DNA of 64,000 bases from Octopus bimaculoides (lineage: Eukaryota): NCBI RefSeq assembly GCF_001194135.2, contig NC_068983.1:27562298-27626297 (forward strand), in the 5' to 3' direction. Positions 13,386-27,200 of this stretch are shown piece after piece (position 1 is the first letter of the stretch; the number at the start of each line of letters is the position of its first letter). The notes beneath the pieces are model-generated. The model worked only from the letters and a program-made list of their open reading frames with translations, ran no database searches and had not been told where the DNA came from. A program made the translations under genes and the position numbers.

Positions 13386-14132
13386 AAACTACTTACAATT
13401 GGAGACGCTGCGTTCAGTCATGTAAAAACAAATAGTAAATGAGTATATGCATATATACGTACAGGTATGTGCATACCGACATCCACCTGTATGTATAGGT
13501 GCAGTGTATATAAACAGAGAGACAGAGAAACAGAGACAGAGACAGAGAGACAGAGATGTGTATGTATATATTCTCCTTATGTTTGAGTGTAGGTATATAA
13601 GGATGTATCTAAGGTTATAAGAATGTGTGTATGTACACTGAATTTTAATGTTTACAAGGGTTGTTTTCTCTATTAATATTTTTTTAATGTTTTTATATAT
13701 CTATTCATATGGCCTCATGATCCAACACGATTTTCATTTTATTTTCTAAATATCACAGACTATACATTTCATGCATAACAATTTTATATGACATGAACGT
13801 ATACATAATTCTAAGATTTATACACAGTATCATAGCGACGTTAAACAAATATCAATATTTTCTGGCTGCATTTATTTATGAATATACATACATATGTGTT
13901 GAACCTGTGTGCCTGCTATATATATGTACTGTACTTGTATGTATAAAAGAAATATAACAAAACCAAAACTGTAAAATTAGATTCGTTGCGTTATAAGAAA
14001 GATAACGGTATCAGTTAAGTCGTAGCATAGAATTGTCTCTACATTTCGGTTTAGATTGTATTAGAGACCGGTTCTGAGTCGTCCTGATGCAGAATATTTG
14101 TTACGATTCAACGTAACTTTGCAGTTAGTAAA

Positions 14133-14342
14133 TTCTTGTCTACTCTAGGCACAAGGCCCGAATTTTTTTTTTTTTTTTTTTTGCGGGTGGCAGTCGATTA
14201 GATCGACCCCAGGACGCAACTGGTACTTAATTTATCGACCCCGAAAGGATGAAAGGCAAATTCGACTTCGGCGGAATTTGAACTCAGAACGTAAAAATAG
14301 ACGAAATACCGCTAAGCATTTCGCCCGGCTTGCTAACGTTTC
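14133..14342 (-). mobile_element. SINE family A, alternative-tail copy with its head cut at GAAAC
   Basis: Minus strand has a B-box-like GAGTTCAAATTCC and the central domain TTTGCCTTTCATCCTTTCGGGGTCGATAAATTAAGTACCAG. Tail is ...GGGCCTTGTGCCTAGAGTAGACAAG. Confidence 0.85.
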
Positions 14343-14574
14343 TTATTTCTTTATTGCCCACAAGGGGCTAAACATAGAGGGGGCAAACAAGGACAGACAA
14401 ACGTATTAAGTCGATTACATCGACCCCAGTGTGTAACTGGAACTTATCTAATCGACTCCGAAGGATGAAAGGCTAAGTCGACCTCGGCGGAATTTGAACT
14501 CAGAACGTAAAGACATATGAAATACCGTTAAGCATTTCGCACCATGTGCTAACGTTTCTGCCAACTCGCTACCT
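14343..14574 (-). mobile_element. SINE family A, full-length long-tail copy
   Basis: Head AGGTAGCGAGTTGGCAGAAACG (A-box-like), B-box-like motif, central domain, tail ...GCCCCTTGTGGGCAATAAAGAAATAA. Confidence 0.9.
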
Positions 14575-14919
14575 TTTTGCTGTTAGTAAATTGTCTACAC
14601 AATGTTTGTCTATGTGCCTTTTATGCATGCACGCATTTGTTTGTATGTGTGCATGTATGAATGCCTCTATGTTTGTAAGAATGAATGAATATGTGAATGA
14701 ATGAATGTTTATATAGAAGTGCATATATAAATGTTGCTTTATATAATCATAGCACACCTTTTGGTGATAAAACACACATTTTTTATTAGATGATAGAACT
14801 GACTACATATGGATGACCAACTGCTTACGACAAGTGCGTTTCAAGGAGTCAGGAGGCAGAAAATGAGATACTAAAAGCGGAGACGCATACACACACAGAA
14901 ACACACACACACACACGCG

Positions 14920-14956
<37 letters not shown>

Positions 14957-15376
14957 NNNNNNNNNNNNNNNNNNNNNNNNNNNNNNNNNNNNNNNNNNNN
15001 NNNNNNNNNNNNNNNNNNNNNNNNNNNNNNNNNNNNNNNNNNNNNNNNNNNNNNNNNNNNNNNNNNNNNNNNNNNNNNNNNNNNNNNNNNNNNNNNNNNN
15101 NNNNNNNNNNNNNNNNNNNNNNNNNNNNNNNNNNNNNNNNNNNNNNNNNNNNNNNNNNNNNNNNNNNNNNNNNNNNNNNNNNNNNNNNNNNNNNNNNNNN
15201 NNNNNNNNNNNNNNNNNNNNNNNNNNNNNNNNNNNNNNNNNNNNNNNNNNNNNNNNNNNNNNNNNNNNNNNNNNNNNNNNNNNNNNNNNNNNNNNNNNNN
15301 NNNNNNNNNNNNNNNNNNNNNNNNNNNNNNNNNNNNNNNNNNNNNNNNNNNNNNNNNNNNNNNNNNNNNNNNNNNN

Positions 15377-15490
<114 letters not shown>

Positions 15491-16064
15491 CATACAGCAC
15501 TACATCTACGCACAAACAAAAATATATGAATATGTATATCATACATAAATATGTGTAAATGTAAATCTATATTTAGACACACACACACTGACACATCCCC
15601 ACAGTGCACACACATGCGCGCGCGCACGCACACAAATTTTTCAGAAAGTGCAGTTTATCAGCGTCTCATTATTCCAACCAGACTAACAATCAGTGCAATA
15701 CCTGACAACTCATGCAACAAACTAAGTTAGCGGAATATTAATTTCGTTATCAGCTTCCTACCGATATTCTAGTAAAGAAGCCACTTCACTGGAATATGGC
15801 GTACCCTGTTCTAACTGACACTTTCTAAGAAAATGCTATTTATTGATTATGCATTCTAACAAACATGGACTAGTTTGCTGGCTTTTAATCAAATTAATTA
15901 GGCACGATGTGCAACTATTATAATATTGTAATCACACATGCACACACATATACTCATGCAGACACATGTACACACACATACATACACATATATATGCACT
16001 GACAAAACATTTTACATGCAAACCACCAAACATTTATTCATGTGTGTATTACATATATATATAT

Positions 16065-16187
16065 TCTTTTATTCCTTTACTTGTTTCAGTCGTTTGACTG
16101 CGGCCATGCTGGAGCCTTTAGTCGACTTACCCTTACTTATTCGACTAGGCATAAGCATCAGTTGCCAAGCGATGTTGGGGGGGGGGG
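16065..16187 (-). mobile_element. SINE family B, 3' part running into a gap
   Basis: CTTGTTTCAGTCGTTTGACTGCGGCCATGCTGGAGC...GTTGCCAAGCGATGTTGGGG is shared with the copies at 31258, 44719 and 52090. Confidence 0.85.
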
Positions 16188-17408
16188 NNNNNNNNNNNNN
16201 NNNNNNNNNNNNNNNNNNNNNNNNNNNNNNNNNNNNNNNNNNNNNNNNNNNNNNNNNNNNNNNNNNNNNNNNNNNNNNNNNNNNNNNNNNNNNNNNNNNN
16301 NNNNNNNNNNNNNNNNNNNNNNNNNNNNNNNNNNNNNNNNNNNNNNNNNNNNNNNNNNNNNNNNNNNNNNNNNNNNNNNNNNNNNNNNNNNNNNNNNNNN
16401 NNNNNNNNNNNNNNNNNNNNNNNNNNNNNNNNNNNNNNNNNNNNNNNNNNNNNNNNNNNNNNNNNNNNNNNNNNNNNNNNNNNNNNNNNNNNNNNNNNNN
16501 NNNNNNNNNNNNNNNNNNNNNNNNNNNNNNNNNNNNNNNNNNNNNNNNNNNNNNNNNNNNNNNNNNNNNNNNNNNNNNNNNNNNNNNNNNNNNNNNNNNN
16601 NNNNNNNNNNNNNNNNNNNNNNNNNNNNNNNNNNNNNNNNNNNNNNNNNNNNNNNNNNNNNNNNNNNNNNNNNNNNNNNNNNNNNNNNNNNNNNNNNNNN
16701 NNNNNNNNNNNNNNNNNNNNNNNNNNNNNNNNNNNNNNNNNNNNNNNNNNNNNNNNNNNNNNNNNNNNNNNNNNNNNNNNNNNNNNNNNNNNNNNNNNNN
16801 NNNNNNNNNNNNNNNNNNNNNNNNNNNNNNNNNNNNNNNNNNNNNNNNNNNNNNNNNNNNNNNNNNNNNNNNNNNNNNNNNNNNNNNNNNNNNNNNNNNN
16901 NNNNNNNNNNNNNNNNNNNNNNNNNNNNNNNNNNNNNNNNNNNNTATATATATATGCATATCTATACACAGATGTATACGTACATACACATATGTATATA
17001 TACACACACGAACATACTCTCTATTATACATGCAAATTTGTATATATAATGCATGTTTGCTAGTATGTTTATGTATGCATGTATTAAATTATATTCCCTT
17101 CCAAATAGATCAGGTTTAATTCACAGATAGTTACACACTAAATTATATCGTCAATACTACTGCAGCAGAAATTAACCTTTCCATATTTAGCGTTACTCCG
17201 ACAATTTTCCAAATTTATGCGGAGATAATGAATACTATTTATACATGATTATATATGCATGCTTTCAGACAGCCAGACGAATGCGGTGATAATCCCTTTT
17301 AGAAGCTTAATATACGCCAAACGAATTCACCTCCAAACATTTGTACATCTATCTGTTTATTTGTACATCCCTCACCACATATTATATATGTATATGTATA
17401 TTCATACT

Positions 17409-17453
<45 letters not shown>

Positions 17454-17480
17454 ACACACGCGCGCAAACACACACACATA

Positions 17481-18787
17481 TCAGGTCATCTCATAAGTTC
17501 TGTGCGATTTTACCATTTTTAAAATTGAATGAAATTTAATAGTACTTTGGAATGTGTAATGGAATTAAAAATTACTTTTATGCATTTGTGTACATTTAAA
17601 CTAATTAAATATTATTTTACAGAATATAAGAATTAAAATTTCTTTGATTAAAACCCTTTCTAGCATGGAAGTATCCAAAGAGCATTTAAAGCACATAAAG
17701 CTTTATGAGTACAAAAAGGGAAACTCTGCAGCCGAAGTGACTCGAAACATACACTCAGTTTATGGGAAAGAATGCTTGAATGAAAGAACTTGTAGAAGAT
17801 GATTTGCAAAATTCAGAAGTGGAGATAAAGATTGAATCGGACGTCCAGTTGAGTTTGATGATAAGCTCCTTGAGGCATTACTTGAAGAAAATCCTGCATT
17901 ATCAGTTGAAGAATTGGCAATAAAGCTTAGTTCAAACCATACAACTGTTCTTCGTCATCTTCAACAACTTGGAAAGGTTCCTAAACTTGGAAAATGTGTG
18001 CCTCATGAATTGTCCAAAAGCAACCACGAATCCTGAGTTGCCATCTGCTCCTCTCTCCATTCTCGCGAACTCATTTCAACCTTTTTGGATAGACTAGTGA
18101 CTGATGACGAAAAATGGATCTTCTATGGAAATGTTAAACATCGTAAACAGTGGCTTGGTAAAAGGGAGAAAGCTCAAACACAACCGAGAAGGGAACTTCA
18201 TGGAAAAACGTTCTTCTCTCTATCTGGTGAGAGTGCAAAGGATTAATTCACTTTGAATTGTTACTACGTAATGCAACAACCAATGCTCACGTCTACTGTC
18301 AGCAATTAGAGCGTTTGAACCAAGCTTTGAACCAAACTGCTTTTTTTAAACGAAGTTTTGAAGACAAAATGACCCGCTTTAGTGAATCGAAAAGGAGTGA
18401 TGTTTCATCACACTGCAAAGATCACATCACAGAAGATCGAAGAGCTTGGTTGAGAAAAAAATCCTCATCCACCTTATTCTCCTGACCTTGCTCTTGCAGA
18501 CTACCATTTGTTTCGTAGTTTACAGAATGATTTGGGGGACATAACTTTCGCAAGCCAGGAGGAGGTTGAAACTGGCATTTCAGAGATCTTTGCTTTGAAA
18601 CCAAAAGAGTTTTACATTGATGGGATAAAAAAAAAACTTGTAAATAGATGGATGGAAGACATAGATAATGACGGAAAGTATATTGATGATTAAATTGCAA
18701 TTAAATATAATATAAATATAACACTTGTTAAATATAACACTTGCTTTCTTTATTCAAAATTCGGACAGAACTTATGAGATGACCTGA
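17481..18787 (+). mobile_element. Full-length (1307 bp) mariner transposon with a dead transposase
   Basis: TA flanks (17479-80, 18788-89) and 27-bp TIRs with 1 mismatch (TCAGGTCATCTCATAAGTTCTGTGCGA). Pseudo-ORF 17665-18693 reads MEVSKEHLKHI..., CVPHEL (WVPHEL motif), LVTDDEKW, HPPYSPDLALADYHLF. Several stops and frameshifts. Confidence 0.95.
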
Positions 18788-19397
18788 TACATGTATACAT
18801 ATAAATATATTTGTATATTATAAATATATAGATACATATATACACGCATACAAATATATTCATGCATAGAAACTTCAGACATTATTTTATCATTCCTACA
18901 AAGTGTAATTGTTTTACTAAAGAAAGTGTTACTTTTTGATAACGCTTAGCCAAAGCGGCACCAATAGTCACAAATAACCTCTTGATAGGTTTCAATTACT
19001 TTATACTTCGCAGTATTAGCAATATCCAGAAGCGAGGGAGAGGGAACTTTTGATATCCTCTATTTGGAACTATTGCATAACGCTGCAGGTCAGTACTAAA
19101 AGTGATTCTAATTAATAACTGAATGCGAATAGAATGGCAACGATTACATAACTACTGTTCTTTAGTATATAACTGATTGTGTTATTGGGAATTGTACAGC
19201 TAAACTTAAAAACCAGTGCAACATCTTTTAGCTTTCTCAGGCCCTGTTCATTGTACATGAATGTTTTATAAATATAAACGAATATGGATAAAGCAATTAA
19301 ACAATTATCAAAGAACAAATATATTCTGTATGCCAGGCTTCCTATGAGATTTTGAAATTAGTAATTTTGATGGAGTGCAGGCAATTTTTAACTTTTC

Positions 19398-19399
<2 letters not shown>

Positions 19400-19447
<48 letters not shown>

Positions 19448-19472
19448 CGCACACGCACATACACACACATGT

Positions 19473-19539
<67 letters not shown>
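19400..19539. repeat. (AGAT)n-(GT)n-(GA)n compound microsatellite
   Basis: Visible runs. Confidence 0.95.
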
Positions 19540-19542
<3 letters not shown>

Positions 19543-19544
19543 GA

Positions 19545-19685
19545 TTCTGTCGGTTACGACGACGAGGGTTGCAGCTGATACGTTCAACGGAACAGCCTGC
19601 TCGTGAAATTAACGTGCAAGTGGCTGAGCAATCCACAGACACGTGTACCCCTAACGTAGTTCTCAGGGAGATTCAGCGTGACACA
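19545..19685 (-). mobile_element. SINE family C, 3' fragment
   Basis: GGTTACGACGACGAGGGTTGCAGCTGATACGTTCAACGGAACAGCCTGCTCGTGAAATTAACGTGCAAG matches the copies at 38991 and 43628. Confidence 0.9.
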
Positions 19686-20288
19686 TGTATGTATGTATGT
19701 GTACATACATACATACATGCTTACGTATTTATTTTCTTTTTGCAACGAGAATGACGAAATAGAAGTTTCAATATCTATTAATTCTAGCAGAGAATTTTTT
19801 TTTTCACTCAAGTCAGTATTCTAACTGTCATTTCGTCGTCTGAGTATTTTTCGAATATCCCTTTAATGAAATTGTTTTTCACACCCTACAATTCGTTTTT
19901 GTCTTTATTTTGAGATTTATACTCCCTTAAGATTCTGAGAATGAAGTGGCAGTGCGTGATGAAGACACCTGGCACTTATAAGGTTTTCTATGTTAGCTTT
20001 TGTGATAATACATTTTTTCACTCTGCGACGCCAACTCATTTGTCTATATAAATGATGTAAATATATATTTTGCCTTCATACTACTATATTGATTGACAGT
20101 TGGTCGCACGGATAAAGGAGATAGCATCAACCAATTTTCTATAATCAAGGTGCTGGAAATTCGTGTATCCATCTCAACATATAATAGAGAATAGAATCTA
20201 CAGGTGATGTCCATGGGTGTATGTACGTGTGTTTTCATAAACACAAACACAAAGACATACACATATCTTTATCTTTCGTCTTAATCAG

Positions 20289-20290
<2 letters not shown>

Positions 20291-20352
<62 letters not shown>
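20291..20352. repeat. (AGAT)n microsatellite
   Basis: Visible run. Confidence 0.95.
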
Positions 20353-20353
<1 letters not shown>

Positions 20354-20969
20354 GTTGATGTATATTCTGAGGCTATTTTACCATTCTAAATTAAGAGCTA
20401 GAAAATTAAAACTCGTCTTATCAAGATGATTTGATATGTATATCATTCATAACAAGGTGATCTAAGCTAAAATAGAAATTCAATTCTCACCTTACGTATA
20501 CCAAACTATTTATAATTTAATTCACCGTTAACCCAATAAACATCGAATCACTTCCAACCAGTGTGTCAACAACATCACTAAGGAAAGCCGACTCTGCCTG
20601 GTGGTCTCATGATCCGAGACGAAGATAAAAAGCCAATCGCAATTCCAACGAGGGACAAACTCAGGAGGACCAAATATCTTTTCAAGAACTGACTTTAGTA
20701 CTCATCAACAGTTTTAGTTGTCCACATTGAAGTTTACGTCAGTCACAGAAGAGCTGTACAACTCAGGTCTTTTGTATTTGCTATAATGGCAACATGTAAG
20801 CTAGTATATCTCCTGAAATAGACAAGACATCGGTGAGAAAAACGACATCATATAAGACACATGTGGTGAAGAGAGACGGTGAAGTATATATGCCAAAAGG
20901 GGGTAATAAGCCCCGCACAAGTTCAACGATCATCTAGCAATTAAAGATGAACCGACAGGACTTGTCAAC

Positions 20970-22830
20970 TTTAGTTGCACTTAATGTAACTGAAGTCCAG
21001 CTCTGACTTTACTCCACATACAATAAGGACCTTTGGCTTTGCCAGAAAAACCATCAAGAAGAAAAAGAATCCAATCAAGGATCTACAATTCGAAGGCACT
21101 GATGTCAATGTCAGGTTCCTATGTTCATTATTAGATAATGGTAGATGAATTCCCAAGTAAATATGTCCGGTAATATTAGGATCTGGTAAAGCTAGCAGCG
21201 TTGACTTCACCATTTCCAAGCATACTACGGCAATTTAACTACTTTTTTGAAATTCAAGATGCGTCTAATCTTATATTCAGGGTTTCCTTAGGTTGGTACT
21301 TCAAAAAGGACTGTCATTTATTGGAAATTGGTGCTCTTGCTAAAACCACTATCCCACTTTACTGATATTGCAAACTGTTTGTAGAAGCAAAATTTCTACA
21401 AAAAACTTTCTGAGTGCTTCAATTGGATATTAATATCTTATTCGGAAGGCCGCTATCATTTCAAAAAACATACCTATACTTTTGAAACATATGTTCTTGG
21501 AGGTTTTCAACATGTTCAACTAATGTAAGGTGTAATAGATTTAACGTGCTGGCTCTTTGTTTTAGCTTGAGAGTGAGGAATCGAAAGAAAGATATGTTGT
21601 CATGGGATTTTAGTGACGTCCAATATTGTTGATATTGTTTGTGATAGAGATTCTGTTTTGCTTGGCATACTTTTAATTCTTTCCAGAAATAAACTTCCTC
21701 GGATATGCTACAATTTGTTGTAGTGACAGTGAGAAACTATAACCTAAATATATAACACAACAAAATTAAAAGTATTTCATTTTCAAATTGTTTTTCTTCG
21801 ACGAAATAATATTCGGAAATTCGGCATTGCACTTCTTTTCCAATATAAATTTCTATAAGAATATACTATTTTCTAGAATAATATATACAAGAACAGTTAA
21901 GAATTAGAGGTGAAACAAAACTAAGAGCATATCACAGATCATATTCTTTAAAAAGGACACATTAGAGAATGCAGTCGTAGATATGCCAAGACAGACAGGA
22001 ATGTCACGGCTAGAATGCTTTTACTCATGAGTTAACTCTATCAAAAATAACCTAGAGCTGAACGAGAGCAACAACAATAAAAACAATTATAATCTATAAC
22101 ACAATTTCGTATTTCGAATTTATCATTACATTTGATGCTCTGAAGAAAAAGTATATGGAAGCAATTAGATTTAATTTGTTCTTGTCAGCAATAATATGTT
22201 TATTACCTGCCAGTATGTCTTTTGTTTTTAATTATCTGGCCTCATATTAATTCCACTTGCTTTCGCTTGGGGTGGTACTGGTTCGTTTTCTGTATTTGTG
22301 TACTTTGCAATGCTTCTTGAAGTTTCCACTCCCTTGTTAATCTTCCCCTCATTTTGTTGGGGTGGCACAAAAGCGAGTGGGTTTTTCAGCTACTCTAGTC
22401 CACCAACTTTTGTTCGGCTATAATTCGACCTGAGAGAAAAACGAGTATAGTGGTAGTTGCCGTTAGTGGTGTGACTGGTGGTGCTATCTAAAGACAAACA
22501 TCGGTGTTCTGCTGATTTTTCTCCATTTTCTTATTTACATTCATATGTTTATATATTTTTTATTCTTTACTGGTTCTGTTACTCTCTCTTTCTAAGTTTC
22601 TTGAATTTTCCTACCAAAATAAACCTTAGTAGGCCCTTTTCCCATTTCGAGAAGCGATTCAACATTCTGCTTTGCAACACCAGCCTGGTGACATTTCCTT
22701 TCACATCCTGTACACTCTACTGCTCACTCATGGTTTTGGGATCTTCGGCGATCATTAACGATTTATGTTCACTGAGACTCCACTCGATCCCACAGTATTT
22801 CTGGCCACAGCAGTATCTACAATTTGCTCG
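20970..22830 (-). mobile_element. Possible heavily decayed CR1/L2-group LINE remnant
   Basis: Minus strand has RT-thumb-like HIYLGIHL...EH...CRSLIGF (ORF 20971-21219) and a PHD-like Cys/His pattern CRYC...CTGCERKCH near 22670-22830. Motifs are degenerate and boundaries are unclear. Confidence 0.35.
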
Positions 22831-22879
22831 TACTTCATCAATTAGAATTTTCATAGGGTCTCTGAATAAGTTGAAGTAT

Positions 22880-23620
22880 CTGAAACCACTCCACAAAACA
22901 AGCAAAATGGATCAAGCAGACGGCAAAAAAGAATGAGCACAAACAAATTGAGGAGCAGTGGTGCTAGAAGCCTCTGCTAGTATAGATCAAGCAACAACGC
23001 ATCAGCGGCTGAGAAGTTCAGGATTGAAAGCATAGACTGAAGGTTTTATATAGCGGCTCAACATCAACGCTTGCTCACAAAAACTACCAGGTTCAAGTTC
23101 TTCAAAACGGTTCTGACCCTAAATGCAGATTCTGTGATAAATTTGACAAAACAATAGATCATCCTGTCTCGGGATGTTCTGGCACCAAACGAATACCAAA
23201 ATCGCCACGGTAGGGTAAGACAGTATTTACATTGGAAAATATGGAAATAATACAAAATCAGTACTCCTGCTTATTGGTATGACCATCATCCTGAGCCAGC
23301 CGTTGAAGGTGAAAATGTTAATATCCTCTGAAATTTCCAGTGAACACTGACTGAACGATCCAGGCTAATCGACCTGACAAAATTATTAAAGACAGAGAAG
23401 AAAATATTTGTAGACTAATAGATGTAAGTGTTCCCACCTATAAAAATATATCTGTAAAGGAATTTGACAAACTAAGTAAATATATGGTACTAGAAATTGA
23501 AATATAGATGTGGCATCTTAAAGGGAGAACTATTCCTGTTATTATAGGTGCCCTACATACGATAAAAAGGATATCAGAAACATCTAGATAAGATTCCAGG
23601 AGAACCATGTCTCAGAGAAA
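22880..23620 (+). mobile_element. R4/Dong-clade non-LTR retrotransposon, 3' coding fragment (CCHC finger plus restriction-like endonuclease)
   Basis: With frameshifts it reads GLKA*TEGFI.AAQHQ.L.TKNYQ, CRFCDKFDKTIDHPVSGC (C-x2-C-x8-H-x4-C, 23124-23177), YLHWKI, WYDHHPE, ANRPDKIIKD...LIDVSVP, TIPVIIGAL. Confidence 0.9.
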
Positions 23621-23659
23621 AAGATGTTATAGTGATAACTCGGAAAACATCTCCGAAAA

Positions 23660-24250
<591 letters not shown>

Positions 24251-27200
24251 AGGAGAAGAAGAATATATCGTTATTTTTATTTGCCGTCCGTGAAAAGAAT
24301 TCCATATTAAAATCTAGTGTTAAGCATTCGTTTCACTTCTAAGCATTATGTATAGCAAATAAATATTCATAAGTTTAGAAATGATAACGCAAATGTGGTA
24401 TTATTAGAAGTGGATATTGACACATCTTCTATACATACATATTACTGAAATTCTGTGGAGTGATTGATATATGCTGTGTTATATGATTACTGAGAACAAC
24501 GGTTCCTAAATTATTATTCACTACCCAAAGTGAATCACTGTATATTTCTGAAATTGTCACCAAGCTAAAATCTTTTAGTTTTGAAATATGTGGAGAAGTA
24601 TAAAATGTCCAATACAAAAAGTGATACAAAATGCTAAAAGCATAGGGGCTACTTCACATATACTGTCAGCAAAAATGTTTCTCCAAGATAATTATTATAC
24701 TTCTATACAATCTCTGGTATTACTTACGCTTTGATGAATTGCAAGAAACTATGTAGCAAAGGACTAGTTCTTTTTTTTTTTTTTTTTTTTTGCAATGCCG
24801 TCCACATATTTCGCTTCCTAATTTCGAAACTAGTCAGATATATTTTTACATTTTCTATTTTACTGTCGTTGGTCACATTTTTAATGTGGATTTAATTAAT
24901 TTAGCTTATCCGTTTCGGATTGCCTGGTGTCAACCAAACTAAGATATCAACGACTAACAAAGCTATTAACTTCTCAAACGTTGTAAAGGCTATCAACACA
25001 CACACATTGAATTTTGAGGCTCACACATCAATGAATTAAGTACCAGTGATTTACTGTGGGTGACACAAACATGTCTGAAAATAATGGTTACTACACTTTA
25101 TATAAATAAGAATAAAATATTTCTCCCTCTCTCTCCTCTCTCTCTCTCTCTCTCCCTCTCTCTCTCTCCCTCTCTTCTCTTTCTGCCATACTCCTTTCTC
25201 TCTAATAACACTCTACGATATTTGAAACACATTGTGAGTATTGATAATCAAAAGCAACGTCGAATGAGAATCTTCGTAAGAAATGATCAAAAGTGAAGAC
25301 TTGAACGTCTTTTATTAGTTACGCTCGATTAGACCTGGCCTACGGTTTAAAAAAACAATAACAACAATTAAGAGCTGTATTTCTTAAGAATATGTTAATA
25401 ACAAAAGGATGTCTCGATTTGTGCTGAGTAGACGATATCCGAGGGCGAGAGAGATACCCGATTTTGATTGTACATTACACTCAATATTTGGAAATGCATG
25501 AATGTCACAAAATTCAATTCGTATTCAATAATATCATTAAGACGGTGTAACAATAAAAGAAATCAATATTAGTAAGTTGAAAATATTTTGGATAGTTGTA
25601 TGTCCTTTTTATTAACGGAAGAAGCAATATATTGATATTGTCGATGCTTTTAAATCAATTTCGCATTGTGAAATTATAGATAAAATTATAAAATATCTGT
25701 ATGAAATTCTCATGTATATTTCTGCGTCATATTTATTGCATCATTTAGATCCGACCATACATCATTACAGTATATATCTCAGATATCATTGCGATAAAAT
25801 CTAGACTGTTTCACAGATTCGATCGTTATTAAACAATCAAAATAATTATGACTTAATACATAGATATATACTTTATTTTGAAACTTATTCATTGAAATAC
25901 ATTCCCAATGAAATTTATTACCAATTTATTCTTTAAAGACAGCAGTAGGTGCTGCAAGGCAAGAGGTGAGCTACCAGGGTACCGAACAGACAGTTTAGTT
26001 GTTGAAGATCCGCTTTAGAAGCAAATTTACTTCATTATCTCAATGAACAACGTTAAACACAATCAGGAGTCCTTCCAGAAATTTTACTGTAAAATATCCT
26101 TTAACGTATGTCCACAGTCTTCAAAAGAAGGATATTGTATTGGATAACGTCATAAGATAAGTATGAATGAGAGTATGGGGATGTTCCATCTGGAATGATT
26201 GGGTGTGATACAAGAACATGCAACGGAAATAAGGAATTCATTAGAGTGCACTCGTGGGGCTTAATGCTTTTCATCTCATATCATCCCCAATTGAACACGA
26301 GTACGGTCAGAATCAAACAAGTCAATAGTCTCATTTTTTTATATAGATAGTATTACATTGTTAAATATTTCCAGATATTTAAATGGTAGTGAGTCATTAA
26401 AATCATATGTACGTCCAATTTTTCAGTATTGTTCTATTGGATATTTTGTATGCGATATAGTGACGAATGCAACAACGACACATCTCCGCCATGCATCTGA
26501 ATATACATGACGCTACAAGTTTAGTTTTCGTGCTACATATGTGTAACACCCCAAATTTGAAAGCTCTAAAGGACAATAAACTATCGATGGATTAATTATT
26601 AGAGTTTTCCATTTAAATGGTCTACAATGTATATTATTAACTAATGTAGTAACTTCAACCAAATCTTCAAAGTTTACAATTTACAAACGAACGTGATAAC
26701 ATCTTCAAGAACTCCTTCTAAGAGCACTCTAGTAATTTAAAAAGAAGAAAAAAATTGAATGATCAAGGCTAGACTGTTTTTGATCTTATCTTAGGATTGT
26801 TCAGTCGGCCTGACTGAGGTTAGAAACGTAGAAACAACTACAAAGCCAACGTGTCACACTCTCATAAATCAGTCGTTTCCATTTTATATTGCCCAACCAG
26901 GTCAGCTTCATTGAGAAAATTTACAACTAAAGGTTCTCCAGCCGTAATCATCGCTTCACATTTTTTACCGTACGTGTACTTTTGAAAATTATTTTTAAGG
27001 GAGATTTGTTTTCATTGAGCTGGTTTGCAGTTATTCATTGATCTATGGATTTGATAGGTTTAAATGACATATTTTAATATGAAACCTAATACATGCAGTT
27101 CACAAAATAACTGGAAATTCATAGAGGTCAGCGGTAAAAGTTGTTTTATGATGTTTGTAAGTTTTAAAATTTTTACGCAGCAGGGAGAAAAGAAAGCTGA

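Noticed and set aside
20590-20650. Hairpin GTCTC-ATGATCC-GAGAC flanked by CTGGTG and GAAG, like a hammerhead stem II
   Set aside because: The core is mutated on both sides (CUGGUG, GAAG) and stem I is only about 3 bp.
24429-24640. 66-aa minus-strand ORF with possible splice sites
   Set aside because: Length is unremarkable for this base composition, splice signals are weak, and no motif was recognised.
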